DNA from: Squalus acanthias
Lineage: Eukaryota
DNA: 64,000 nucleotides
Direction: 5' to 3'
Assembly (NCBI GenBank): GCA_030390025.1
Contig: CM059440.1
Span: 32,302,001 to 32,366,000 of the forward strand
Shown one piece after another: positions 1 to 12,699 of this stretch. Each line of letters begins with the position of its first letter. Position 1 is the first letter of the stretch. The notes below the pieces were generated by a model that ran no database searches, was not told the DNA's origin, and worked only from the letters and a program-made list of their open reading frames with translations. The translations under genes were made by a program, and so were the position numbers.

Positions 1-697
1 CGTCCATGGTGAAAAGGAGACGGTTGGGTCCAGGAAACTGGAAACTGTTAAAGTGGTGGAGGGCGTCGGAAGAGTTGCGAATGTAGGTGGAAGAGACTGG
101 ACAAGGGGAGAAAAAATAGAGTTGAGATAGGAAGAAATCAGTTCCGTGGGGCAAGAACAGGCTGAAACGATGTGTCTACCAGGGCAGCCCTGTTTGTGGA
201 TCTTGGGAAGAACATAAAAACGGGCTGTGTGGGTTTGGGGGACTGTGAGGTTGACAGCCATGGAGAGAAGATCTCCAGAGGAGATGAGGTCAGTGGCAGT
301 TTTGGAAACAATGGCTTGATGTTTGGTAGTGGAGTCATGGTCCAGGGGGAGGTAGGAAGAGAGGTTCAGCCTCCACACGGTAGAGGTCGGTTCGCCAAAC
401 AACAACACCACCCTTGTCAGCAGGTTTAATGACAATGTTAGGGTTGAATCGGAGAGAACGGAGTGCTGCAAGTTCAGAGGGAGGTAGGTTGGGGTGAGTG
501 AGTGAGGGGAGCAGAGAAATTGAGACGGCCGATGTCACGCCGGCAGTTAGCAATGAAAAGATCTAGAGAGGGTAAGAGGCCAGAGGAAGGGGTCCAGGTA
601 GAACCAGAATTCTGAAAGCACAAGAAATGGGAGGGGGAAGACTCCTGGTCAAAGAAATAGGCACGGAGAAGACGACGGAAAAAGAGCTTGGCATCGT
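1..697 (-). mobile_element. Degenerate Penelope-like retroelement RT fragment (continues off the left edge)
   Basis: Minus-strand translation gives NPNIVIKPADKGGVVVW (PLE 'DKG' motif) and PKIHKQGCPGRHIVSAC...LLFTMD. Frameshifted. Homologous to the element at 58.6-60.3 kb. Confidence 0.85.
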
Positions 698-1244
698 GCC
701 AGTACATTATGTTCCTCTTTTTTCTATAAATTTTAAAAGGAGGTGGCTGCTGTTGCAAAAGTAAGACGTTCATTTTGCAACTGTGTTTATCACCCTGGAT
801 TGCAACTGTATCCTTTGTCTTGCTTGTACATGGCATCAATATAATTAACATAAACTGCTTCCACGCTCTTCCCTCTGAATGACGATCATCCTGTTTCATT
901 TTTCTTCTTCAATTTTTTTGCTGTTGACCACAATTTTATATCGAAGTTTGCTTTTGTAACTTTTACTGATGTCAAAATGGGCATGGAGGAGGGTACAGTG
1001 GCTCAGTACCATGAGTTGTTGCCGTTCAATCAAACTGAGCTAACTTGTGTGTCTGAAAGCATTTGCTGGAATGGTCAGCGCAGCATAATATTTATTTGTT
1101 TATGTAAGCTATGATAATTGGATGCAAAAAATAAGTTTACAAAACAATGCAAGGTACAGCCTTGTAACAAAGACTTGTAGTAAGATGAGCAAGATTAAAT
1201 TAACCCTAAATTTTGGAGATTTACATTCATTTGAGTAGGTTATC

Positions 1245-1450
1245 CCTGGTTACTCATTGGATGAGTACACCACCTTTTTTAAATCAGGAAGCTTCCAGGT
1301 TTGATACGCAGTCTGTGTAGAGTTAGTTGTATGGACTTGGGTGAGGATAGGCTAGGATGCAATACCTCTTAACATTCAAATAGCACATGAAGACCTTTTG
1401 AGCAAAATCTGCTGGTGCCTGTGGAACTGCCCTCCAGCATGAATCACCAC
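1245..1450 (+). mobile_element. Old tRNA-type SINE-like repeat, family A copy (partial)
   Basis: Shares ccaggtttgat..cagtctgtgtagagttagttg with the copies at 1.9-2.3 kb (inverted), 11.4, 12.7 and 63.5 kb. Confidence 0.5.
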
Positions 1451-1944
1451 TTTTAAGAGAGAAGGGGAGGAAAAGGGGCAAGGAGATCTATTGTTTCAGT
1501 GGGTAGTGCTTGGCACACACCAAGCCAAGGCATTATTACCCGCCATTTCACTCTGATCAGTCGATGGCACGTGTTCTTGAAATTGCGCAGTTCCTGATGG
1601 TGCCCCTTGTAATGTTGCCTCTTAAGGATTAAATGTTGCGTTTGGATTAATGACAATGTGCACGCATGCTTGAAAATGTTAAAGATTTACATAAAATGCT
1701 GCCAGTGCCACTCAATCCATTATATTGTAAAATTCACGAAGGCAGAAATACAAATACAATTGTTTACAGCATAATGTGCATCAGCCACTGCTTTATAACT
1801 TCTCTTGCACGTTGCGAGCTAGGGATATTATTAAAGGCGAGATATGTATTTAAAAAAAAATCTAAATCTAAGCTTTATTTAATGCAGTCATTTACTTAAA
1901 TCAGTTTTAAACTTTACTTTAAAACTATTTTCACGACAATTTTC

Positions 1945-2315
1945 TTCGCCTAAAGCTGTTGTCTCCTCTTGTGGGTCCTGTTCTAAGCTGGTCACCTGCC
2001 TGTACCTCGCCTAGGTGGTCATTATTCCAGGTATAAGCCTTGGCATTGTGTGTCGGCTGGCATTTGGACCATAGAGGACATCACACCTGAGCCATATCCA
2101 TGCACAGCTGGAGACGTTGGATAGTGATGCAGCAGGAACCCTGGCTGATTTTCTCCCATCTGGGGCAATAAGGCCAAGTGTAGTCGCCCAAATGCTATGC
2201 CAGTTGAGATCAGCTAGCTCAGCACAGGCCAGAAATTAAATCTGGGACTTTCTGGCTTCCATTGCTAAGTACTTTACTACTAGGTGGGCCCTTCACCCAC
2301 TTAGCCATCTGGAGG
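1945..2315 (-). mobile_element. Old SINE-like repeat, family A copy
   Basis: Reverse complement contains ctgtgctgagctagctgatctc, aaaatcagccagggttcc and aggcgaggtac, matching 11360-11675. Confidence 0.55.
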
Positions 2316-5300
2316 GTTAGATCTTTTCTAAATTGATTGTGCAAAGTCACTTATGTTCATAGAGAGAAGATCAATTAGCGAATAGTTAATATTTACCAAT
2401 GGTCACCATCTTTGTGATCATGCAACAAATTGTAAATGCTACGTATTGAAAATGCTGGTTTCAAATGGGTTGGTTTTTCTAATTGACCTTCCTGTCTCCT
2501 TGGTGAATTCTGTTCTTTACCTCCGGGCTATCCAACACTCGTGTACAGAAAGCCAGTGTCCTTTCTCGAATTAATTTGACCATGAAATGTTTCAAGTTTT
2601 ATTGAAAACTGCAAAGTCACATTAAACACGGTGTTATGTACCCTAGGTTCTTGGTTAGCAGGAACAAAAATGCTATTCTGTGAAGCATGATGTATCTATA
2701 AGGAGCACCTTGTTCTAAGTCAAAGGTAGACATGTACAATAAAATGAAGTTTAATATTACTGCATTAGTAACGGGAAATGATTTTGCCATTGCACACTGT
2801 ACATATTTTACACATTGCACAATAAGCTGTATACAGCCCCAGATGGATTCCTATTCACTTTAAACAGGAAGTGCTGTATACAAATTGGCATCTGGTTTTC
2901 ACTAATAACTTTTCTTTCTTGAAAGCACATAAGAAAGAGTACATAGTCACAAAATGATGAGTATTTAAGAAATTGAATCCTTACAAATTGACCAATATTG
3001 ATAGTTTAGTCTGATGGAAAAGTGCAATCAGTTTCCAGTAAGTTGCAAGTAAATACCCTTATGCAAGAAATAAATTGCAAAGCATGAATTGCTTTATCAA
3101 AATGTGCAGCAAACCAAGCTGAAGAATGAAGATTCTCTGTAGACATTTTTCCCACAGAATCTAAGAATTGTGCATTTGCAATCAAACTACTTCTTTGCAT
3201 TTACAGCCATTCATAATTTTTGCGTAATTAGTAAAAAAGAAACTGAGGATGTTTTATAAGTATCACAGTGATTATATTTTCCTTGACCCAAGTAATACAT
3301 CAGTTGTCTGTATAAATCACATACACAGTAGTCTGATGTCAGATCTTAAAAATTGTCATAACTGTTTCACTGCTCCATTCTTTGGTGAATTAATAATATC
3401 CATTTAATTTTGTGACATGACAGAAAAATCTGCTAATGTGTTTGTTATGTTATATACTGTGGATAATGTGTACCAAAAAAGGTTTCTTTTTTTTAAAAAA
3501 ATCTGCAATCGACAGATGCACCACATGCTGCCTGAAACTACCCCAGCCCCCAAAGAACATTTAATTAAGTGAGTTTTATTTTTGGGAAGGGGAAAATTGT
3601 TCAAGACATAGGGTTTAGTAGTTGTCAACATTGTTATATTGCCGGATGAACTACCTTTGAGATGTTGTTTTGGATTTTGTGTAAATAATGGAGAAAAAAA
3701 TAGCCAACTTCACTTTACTGCTTAACTCTCACAGTCGGTGCTGTAAACCTGTGCGTGCCATTTAATTTACCTGTGACTCTTGCCTGTCTTCAGACAGCTT
3801 GTTATTCCTTCTCCCTCCAACACCTCTGGTTTAGGGATTTGTTGTGGAATTTTTGAAGACTTCTTGACAATGAAAAAAAAACATGGCTACTTCTGACAAT
3901 GCACATTGGCAGGATGAACAAACGCGCCGGGTCTCAATAACATTGCATTAGTGTAATTTAAATGTCTGCAGTAAAGTTGAGCATGTTCCAGGACCTAGTC
4001 TCTAATTAGAGTTTTTGAAATGTGTAGAAATAGTTTGTCGACATTCCAACCTCCATTATGTCTGAGGGAATATGATACAATTAACTGGTAAACTCATTTA
4101 ATAGGATATTACTTTCAGTAACGGATTTCTGTTATTTCCCCTTTTTAAAGAAATGCATGTTTTTCCAACTGTCCTTTGTTTTTATAAAGCTTGCTATATA
4201 AGCATAAAGTAAGAATACAATAAGTAGAGTGCCCCACTGTAGTGTGGCAGCATTGCTGGAATTCAACAGATCGTACAAGTTCAAGATAATTTATGGTTAC
4301 AGGCACAATGGGACTAAGAGGTTTGGTACAGGTTTAATACAAGCAATCACAACATATAATTACGAAGCAAACTTGTATGAAGTTTTCTTTTGATAAGTGC
4401 TTAGTCTCCATTGTGGCATTATACTTCCATCAAGTTTACAGAATGATTTCCATTTTGACTCTACTGGGTATTTTTTTCTTGCTAAATATTAATGTTAAAA
4501 ATTCATAAATATATTTGTTTGAAATTATGTCCACAAGGAATGTAGAACATTTTTTAAACAAACAAAATATACACTAATAGAAATCAGCCAGTGTTGTAGG
4601 CAGCTTTAGCCACTTGCTTTGATAGAGCAGAGTTGCAGATTTAAGTTCCATCTCTGGCTTACACGTAAACCTGTCAGCCACAAGTGAATACCAGGTCCGA
4701 GGCAAGATGCCTTGCAATGGGTAGAGCAATTCCTATCTTGCAAGGGGAACGAAACTTGACAGTAATTCTCAGCTTGTGGCATTGAGCTTTTGGCAACTGA
4801 GCACGAATAGGCATTGGCATCACAAAAGCCCAGTGGAGTGTGTGACCTGTTTGCCTGGACTGCAAGCTGAAGAGGGTTGCTGTAATGGGATTGGGTGCGG
4901 GGAGAGAGGAAAAGCAAAGGCAAGAAGAGGGTCATTGAGTTTCTAAATTAGAAATGTCAAGGTTTTTAAAATCATATATATGAACCAAGTGTCCTTGAGG
5001 GATTAACACTTACAGATGTGTTACTGCATAATACATGTGATGTGGTTATGTGACTTAAAAGAACATTACTTTGGTTATAGTTTCACAAAAACTGACTTTT
5101 TTTTGTTAAGTATGTTTTAATATATGTTTATAATGTCATATCCAATATTAGAAAAGGAATTTAAATAATGCAGAACTATATTATTTAATTGTGTATTCTT
5201 ATTTAAAAGTACAAACAAAGAGTTAACCTGTTGAGTATTGCTCACATTTTGCCAATAAAGCACAATAAATCCTTCTTAAGTTCTATTAAACTGTAATTTA

Positions 5301-5907
5301 AAAAAAATCAACTGAGAGCATCTTTAATAACAGTATAAAATAAATTATTTCTTTCTGCAGCCTTTACATACACTCTGTTGACAACCAGCTCATTGAATCC
5401 TCTCTTAAACTAATAATGAATACTGGTCCCAGTTAAGAGCTAGATTATCTTCTGATGTCGAGCATAAATGACCATTTCCTAATTTGGGTGCACTTTGTGT
5501 ACCACCTAATGGTCCAGCTTTATCAAAGTGTTGCAGAAGATACACGTTCACTCAGCTGTAAATGCTAATCTTTCTGTGCTTGTGCATACACACCAACCTA
5601 GAAGACCAACAAAAGTTGGCCACCAGCTTCAATAAAGCCGACACAGCCCCAGAAAAGCTGACCGCTCAAAAACAGTTCTGATTATAGACCTAGACACATG
5701 AAAACAAGGAGTTCAACTGAGTGTGTGGTGGGACATGGGCTTGCAGGTGTACCCAAATTCCATCACTTTTATTTCAGTACACAAAAGGACAGATAGCAGT
5801 ATGGCAATTTAGAAGTTACTGAAAGATACGCGAGTGCTGAAGTCGTGTGGATTATTTTCTATGGGGGCATTACCCCCCCCCCCAAAGAGTAGTTTGATTT
5901 TTGACAT

Positions 5908-6492
5908 GGGCCTGATTTTCCTAACATCTGCTCCCTAGAAAATACCTACTCTCTGGGTGCAACGGTCAGGAATAAGAAGTGTAAACCCATTAGCTGGGTA
6001 ATGAGATGAGAGGGAACGTTCCCAACCCTCCTGCCTCAGTTTCCTTTGGTTACATCCAAGGCATACCCATTTCCAGTGGCGCCCTAAGAAGCTGGGTTTG
6101 AGCCTTGTGCCTGGATCATGTTCAGATGGGTTGGTTTGAGTGGGCCAGGCAGGATAAAGGTGGCTAACCGAGTAAGTGGTCTATTCTTGTTTTTGGAACT
6201 CTAGATTTTTGGGCTTGTCTGCCTTCTGGATGCTGTTGTCCAACAGCAGCCAGAAGACCTGAAGGCTGGTAGCTAGTTCCAGGGCTGCAGACCTGCAGTT
6301 GTGCTCACGGTTCCAACCCAATTTCCTGCCGTGAGATCCTGCCAGGGGATGGACCTACACTGGGGGTGCAACTGGGCTATGTTAATGACCTGACCGACCA
6401 AATTTGGCCATCCCTTGGTCTCTGCGGGCGCACTTTGGGTGAGTTGCACCTGTCCAGTGCCCAGACACTGGACCCCCAGGAAAATCGCTCCC
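5908..6492. mobile_element. Non-autonomous TIR DNA transposon (PIF/Harbinger-like MITE)
   Basis: Imperfect terminal inverted repeats gggcctgattttcct / aggaaaatcgctccc around a GC-richer interior. Termini resemble the elements at 22.1, 44.2 and 62.6 kb. Confidence 0.55.
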
Positions 6493-7637
6493 TTGGTGAA
6501 TTTACTGGCATTTTGGTGCTACTATGATTCTGAGTGTGAATCTCAATCATTTTTTTAATTAAATAAAACGCATCATCAGTCTAACCCTATTTTGGTTCCA
6601 AATCTTGGCAATTCGAGAAGTATAGTGACAGGAATTGTCAAGCAAAGCCAGCAAATACGTTCACGGCAGGTTATATCCACCTTGTCTCTCAGAAGCAGCT
6701 GCAACCTGGACTGAAGAAAATAAACCACCACATAAGACAACAGCCAGGCTTTCCACCCCAAAGTTCCTTTGAAGGAAAATAAAACATTTTTAGAAACTGC
6801 ATTTTATTTTATGTAACTTCTTTAGGGAAAACACTAAATAAACACACCTGTAACTGGGACTCTCCGAACACAACAGCTCTCTGCCACAAGCTTGGTGCAA
6901 CAAACAATGCAAGAAAATAATGTCTGATTGGTTCGAATCCCACCAAACAACAATAACCACTTGCATTTATAAAGCGCTTTTAACATGTTAAACATCCCAT
7001 CTAGTCCCGTCACTCCAGTCTCGCTTTCCAAATGATCTGATTGACGATATTAAAGATCGACAGTTCTAGTTAAAAAATATTTTTCTTATTAAACACTGAT
7101 GCATGACTTAAAAAGCTGACAGTTGACATGTATGCGTATGCTTTGGGGTTGGGGGAGAGGCAGGGACATATTGTTGCACTTTATGTTGGTATGTATTATG
7201 GGCAAAGTACTAAAATAATTTTGAAGTTTTCTCAAATCTCTTTGGAGTAGCATGCTCTCTAATTCTTAAAGCTGCTGTTTTTTCCAGATTGTGAAATTAA
7301 TTTTCACATCATTCAATTCCATTGAAGACCGCAGTGACATTTCTGCAGTACAATTTCAAAAAACATGTACTTATTCATTTCTTTATATGTACATTTTAAA
7401 GACCTGTTATGGGGACTAGTACTTTTCACTTAATTTTGCAATGTTTAACATCATTTGTCTTCGGGCATGTAATTGTGTGTGAGTGAGTAGCAGAGGGAGG
7501 AATGGAGAAGAAAGAAATGTCTGGGAAGCTTCTCAAAATTTTGCTTAGAAAAGTCCTTCAATCCACAATTCTGTTGTAAGAAAATGCAATAATAACTGTT
7601 AGGTTTCTCATTTATGAAGTCCCAAATTGTGTAGTGC

Positions 7638-7807
7638 TCAAGGCCTGAAGCTTTGTGGACGAATCTTCATTTCGACTTGTTTCAGTGAGTAACTTGAACC
7701 ATGCCAGCCGTACCATGTGATGCCATCAGAGTTTTGGGCGTGCTGCCCTTGACGATAATAAACTCCATTCAGATTGGAATCTGTGCAGCAGTTGTACCAG
7801 TAGCCAC
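7638..7807 (-). CDS. ANGPTL7: Angiopoietin-like 7, coding exon 5 (C-terminus of fibrinogen-like domain, stop TGA)
   Basis: Acceptor ctgcAG. 170 nt. Translates (G)GYWYNCCTDSNLNGVYYRQGQHAQNSDGITWYGWHGSSYSLKQVEMKIRPQSFRP*. Confidence 0.97.
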
Positions 7808-8303
7808 CTGCAGTCAAAAGGACAGTGAGTTATTGTATATATTGTGAATATCCTTTCTTGGGAGTTAAAGATTGGAGAGGCAATAGAGGTGGATAGTGCT
7901 GGTAAATTCAAGAGAGAAAGTGAGAGAGAGAGGGGTATGGTATTTTTAAACTTTGGGACCAGCCAGGTGCTTCAGTGATTTTTTCCAGTCCTGTGCATTT
8001 TTATGTAACATAATTTTTTCTTTGTAATGTATTCATAGAACCTATCAAATATAGCTAAATTCTGCAGTATATTGTCACAGTTCTTATCAAACATTGGTAT
8101 TAGAAGGCTGTTCTATTCTTGGTCACATTTTCCCAGTGTATTGAATTGTCTGCAGACTTTGTGAAAACTTGTTGTTTGCCTTCTGTAACATTAACAGGGC
8201 TTTAGTACAGCATTACAAAAAAACAAATGCTAGCTGAAAATGCCATGACCCATCCAGTGCCTGAAAACATCTTGTTTTCTTTTGTTTACTGATCGGCACT
8301 TAC

Positions 8304-8502
8304 CTTTGCGGAATTGTACGCAGTCGTCCACACACTTGTCGTTGTCTTTGTCCTTTGTGCTGAAGGCAGTGTTGTTGTGGTACCTGAGTGAGTCCCGTCC
8401 AGCTGTCCCGTTGTAATTTCCAATTATTAATCTGTAGCTATTTAATTCATTGCTTATCGAAAAGTAGTTGTATTCTGCATAACAAGTGCGTCCTTCCCAG
8501 TC
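8304..8502 (-). CDS. ANGPTL7: Angiopoietin-like 7, coding exon 4
   Basis: ctacAG acceptor, GTAAGT donor. 199 nt. DWEGRTCYAEYNYFSISNELNSYRLIIGNYNGTAGRDSLRYHNNTAFSTKDKDNDKCVDDCVQFRK. Confidence 0.97.
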
Positions 8503-8740
8503 CTGTAGTTATATAGGCCAAGTCATTAAACAGTTTACTTACACCAATATAAATTGGTACTAGCATGCTGTAGAATGTCAATGAGTATATTAATTCACAT
8601 TTATAAATCCTTTTATGGTAGAAATTTAAATATTAAACTTCCTACTGTTTCCAATTCTGTCCATTGAATATTTCATCTGAAATAAAATTAATCAGTCATA
8701 ATTTTGGAAAAATATATAAATGAAAATTCTAATGAGTTAC

Positions 8741-8935
8741 CTCCATGTCTATCCTGAGTATACTTGGCTGCCTAGTTAATCGAAAAATGTGTTCGTTTCC
8801 CAACCAGAAGTCTCCACGGATGTTGCCAAACCCTCGCTTGTACTGTTTCCAGTCACGATTGAAAGAGGTTAGGCCAGCTTTGCGACGTTGTATAACAGTC
8901 CAGCCACCACCTTCAGTTTTCATGTCGCAGTACAC
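8741..8935 (-). CDS. ANGPTL7: Angiopoietin-like 7, coding exon 3
   Basis: cttAG acceptor, GTAACT donor. 195 nt. [65 protein letters not shown] (fibrinogen-related domain signature). Confidence 0.97.
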
Positions 8936-9289
8936 CTAAGGCAGTCCAAATGATTATTTAACTAGACATGGAGAATATTATTGAACACTGTGAAATATTT
9001 AGTTGGACTTTCATTCTATTATAATAAGAAATTGAGCAGATTCAAAGCCTCATTTACTAGTCTAAGTTTGGGTCAGTGTACTTGCAACCTCAAATCATTT
9101 TGATTTGAATTTTCTATTGGGTAAATCCTATTGAAAATACCATGTACTACAATTGTATCTTGGAAGTTGAGGAATAAAGTAGCTTGTGTTATTTAACCGT
9201 TTTCACTCTCCATTTTTCAATTAATTCTTTAGCTCCATCAGAACACATTTTCATCAAAAATTTAAATTAAAAACAACTGCAAATGCTAG

Positions 9290-9461
9290 AACATACATAC
9301 GAATTAGGAGCAGGAGTAGGCCACTCGGCCCCTCGAGGCTGCTCCGCCATTCAATAAGATCATGGCTGATCCGATTACTCCACATTCCCGCCTACCCCCG
9401 ATAACTTTTCACCCCCTTGCTTACCAAGAATCTATCTACCTCTGCCTTAAAAATATTCAAA
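9290..9461 (-). mobile_element. CR1-type LINE 3' tail fragment inserted in a palindromic repeat
   Basis: ggagcaggagtaggccactcggcccctcgaggctgctccgccattcaataagatcatggctgat is the reverse complement of the CR1 tail seen at 31990-32070. Confidence 0.75.
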
Positions 9462-9464
9462 ATA

Positions 9465-9635
9465 TAGAAACAAAAACACAAAATGCTGGAGAAACTCAGC
9501 AAATCTGTCAGCAATTGTAAAGAAAGATGACAAGGAAATGTTTCAAGTGTAACCCTAACCTCAAACATTAACTTGTCTGTTCTCTTTACAGATTCTGACT
9601 GACTGTATATTTCCAGCATTTTTTATTTTTTGTTC
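9465..9635. repeat. Palindromic Penelope-terminus-derived repeat (degenerate copy)
   Basis: aaaatgctggagaaactcagc...tttccagcatttt inverted arms. Same family as 14425-14621 and 45990-46132. Confidence 0.65.
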
Positions 9636-9652
9636 ATTAAAAATACATTCAT

Positions 9653-9996
9653 TTCATGGATTCCTAGTTATAAATCAATTAGAAAGGTTTAATAAGCACC
9701 ATGGTCATTCTTAACTCGCTTCAATGCTATCTTCCTGGTGTAGAGTACAGTAGCAATTTGGTCTGGTTTCACACAGTGGCAGAGAAAAGAATTAATGAAA
9801 GTTTCCTGCTTGGCAGTGAGTATCATACATTAACATAGATTTTGATCACTGATACAGGCTCTGTTCTAACTTGGAAAAGGACCTCACAAAGTGGAAAAAA
9901 ATATGAATTACTAAAGAACAGGCCACTCTTTTCGTTGTTGCTCATATGCAGCTGCAGTAATGGTTGAATTTAAAACTTGGGGTTTCTTCAGCAATA
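9653..9996. repeat. Inverted repeat arm A (pairs with 10421-10764)
   Basis: Colinear reverse-complement match, including perfect blocks 9861-9890/10536-10565 (30 nt) and 9935-9958/10464-10487 (24 nt). Confidence 0.92.
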
Positions 9997-10292
9997 GGAA
10001 GATATATTCCATACTCGGGTAAAATCCTAGGCCAAATTCACTGTTTGAAAAAATCACAGTAAAATGAAGAATGAGGTGATATTTTAGTATTCACTGAACA
10101 ATTCTCACAATGGAGTAAAAAATTCACAAATGATAAGTAACGAGTGTCCTGTGTATTGCAGTTATCACAACGACAGTGTTCAACAGATGGCTCTGTATGT
10201 GCAGTCCACCAGTTTGAAACTCCGCTGGAGTAAATCACGTCCGAAAGATAATATGAATAAAAATAAAGGAAGTTTATTTTAAAAAGCATCAC

Positions 10293-10393
10293 CTCTAGTT
10301 CTGGAGTTCCCAGGAAATCATCTGCAGGTAGCTTGTACACACCAGATATTCGATAATTCTTCTGGTACAGCGATGTACAGTCGTACGTAGCAT
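10293..10393 (-). CDS. ANGPTL7: Angiopoietin-like 7, coding exon 2
   Basis: tttgcAG acceptor, GTGATG donor. 101 nt. (D)ATYDCTSLYQKNYRISGVYKLPADDFLGTPELE. Phases fit exons 1 and 3. Confidence 0.97.
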
Positions 10394-10420
10394 CTGCAAA
10401 CAAAAGATTAAAGACTGCAT

Positions 10421-10764
10421 TACTGCTCCAGAATGCCCGAGTATTAAATCGAACCATTACCGCACTGCAGCTGCATATGAGCAACAATGAAAAGAGTGGC
10501 CTTTTTACTAATATCTTTAAAAAAAAAAATCAATTTTTGTGAGGTCCTTTTCCAAGTTAGAACAGTGATCAAAATCTATATCCATGCATGGTACTCACTC
10601 AAGCAGGAAACTTGCATTCATTCTCTTCTCATCCACTGTCTATGAAACCAGACTAAATGGCTACCATACTCCACACCAGTAAGAAAGCATTGAAGCGAGT
10701 TAAGAATTATCATGGTGGTTTTTATATCTTTCTAATTGATTTATTAGCTGTGGGAATCCATGAA
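10421..10764. repeat. Inverted repeat arm B (pairs with 9653-9996)
   Basis: See arm A. The arm ends about 27 nt from the exon 2 acceptor. Confidence 0.92.
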
Positions 10765-11359
10765 TCTTTGCAAATGCACCACATATACTAGTCACTTTGA
10801 AATATTCCGTTTAGACTGTTGCATCATATTGTTCCCATCTAAATTCTCTACCCAGTAAGTTAGCATTGTTAACCTGAAATTGCAGACTTGTGTTTTGTTT
10901 TGACCTTTCTGAATTAAGCTGCCCATTTATCCTGGTCTAAGCTTTGTTTTTACTTTTTCTTGTTTAACCCTCCTCCCCTTCCCCTTTCGTCAGAATGTAC
11001 AGGACTCGCCAAAAACATTTGTGGACCATCTTGAGAGTCCCAAAGCTTAAAAAGTATTGCACACTACTCTGTCTCTCATACCTCTTGATCCCTTTCTTGG
11101 AAAAATATCCATCTACAGTAGTTTGCTCTTGAATTTGTTGACACAAGCGGCCTTCACAGTCCCACCCGCTCCAGGCAATTTGTTCCATATATACAGACCC
11201 AGTTAAGCCAAAAGAAAGGTTGAACATCTGTTAATATCCCAGAAAGAAAAAAATGCAGCAAGGTAGGCTTTTAAATGTTTGAATAACCAAAATAATAACC
11301 TGACTTTGGTCCTAAAGGTATGTAATACTATTTATAACAAACTTTTTTTTTTACGATTA

Positions 11360-11675
11360 CTGCCTGTGCTGAGTTAACTGATTTGAACTGGGGCACCAAT
11401 TGGTGTGCTACAGTTAGCACCAGGACTCCTGGGCGAGGGAGGACAAACAGCAATTAAGATTCCAGCTTCTGATCACTATCCTGCTGGCAGAGCTTCCATG
11501 GGGGGATGCTGGTTGAGGACAGGATCAGGCTCAATTGTGATGCCTTCCATGGTCAACTAGGCTACCGATATTAATTGTCAGGGCTCTCGCATGAAGTATG
11601 GGTGCTTGGGCAAGGTACTGAAGGTTTACCACTGAAAGTGGAGCCATATCCTAATAAAGGACAGTGCCTTCAGCA
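11360..11675 (+). mobile_element. Old SINE-like repeat, family A copy
   Basis: ctgtgctgagttaactgattt...ctgatcactatcc...gaggacaggatcaggctc...gggcaaggtac shared with other copies. Confidence 0.55.
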
Positions 11676-12699
11676 AAGAAAATTAAAAATCATTTCAAGT
11701 CATTGAAACTTTTTAGGAGGGATTTTCAGCTTGACTGAGTGTGGCAACACATTGGAGATAATTGTATTTTTTTCCCATTGATGTATTGGTTTCTGTTGTC
11801 AGTGCCACGGAGATGGATTTTGATTTGCACAGATCGCAGCATAATCAAAATCTGCCCTTTTTGCTTTAAGTTCAAGCAGCCTCTTATATTTTCATGATAT
11901 CATATGTAGGTTAAAAGGAGCTGAAGTGACTGTCTTATGGGAGATGGTGATAGTTAGGTGGCAACTAAATTGTGCTCCATGTGTGTACATAACTGATGTT
12001 CTTCTGCCTGCTCAGTAACTGTATGGTATACTCTGCGCACATTTCTTTGGTCCCCAGAAAATGCAGCATCAGTTCTAATTTGACTCTGATGTATTTCAGT
12101 AAGGATGTGGAATTTGTGCTCTACATTTTATGCCGTCTTTGTAAATGTCTTGGGTTTTATCTTGGAAAATAAAGGTCTAGTTTGCTTGTTTTTTTTTAAA
12201 GTTTTAGCGTTTTCAATGTAAGGTAATGAAAGATCCTCTGAGAACTTGATGAGTGTAATCCGGCAGCCTGCATGAATTATTAGATAATATAGTCAGTCTG
12301 GAGTCATATAGTTTAGCAACTGTTGCAGTGATGCATTTAGGCAACTTGATTGCATCTTAATGAAAACAGTGTATAGCTCTTGTGGATAGATGGGTCTTTC
12401 TGCCTTTCCAAATATCCACACTTTCTTCAATGTGGCATCTGCATAAATAATTTCCTTTATAATTATAAGTAGAGTTTGAGATGTGTGAATCAAATAACAT
12501 ACAACACTTTTTATTCATGTGCATATTGACCAGGCGATGTATTTGTTTTACTGTAAACCTACCTTGAATACTGAAACTGGGTGACAGCAATTCAGAATCC
12601 TATTGCCTCTAAAAGTTAGTGTGCCTTGGTCATTATGAGAGTGACCTGACAATGCAGTAAATCAGCTCTTCCTATCCTTAAATAATTGTCTTTTAGTGC

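Noticed and set aside
6790-7637. ANGPTL7 poly(A) site
   Set aside because: A minus-strand AATAAA occurs near 6803-6808, but the region is AT-rich and the 3' end cannot be fixed without transcript data.
10038-10487. 149-aa ORF as a standalone gene
   Set aside because: Only 10293-10393 is homologous and bounded by splice sites. The rest is intron and inverted-repeat arm.
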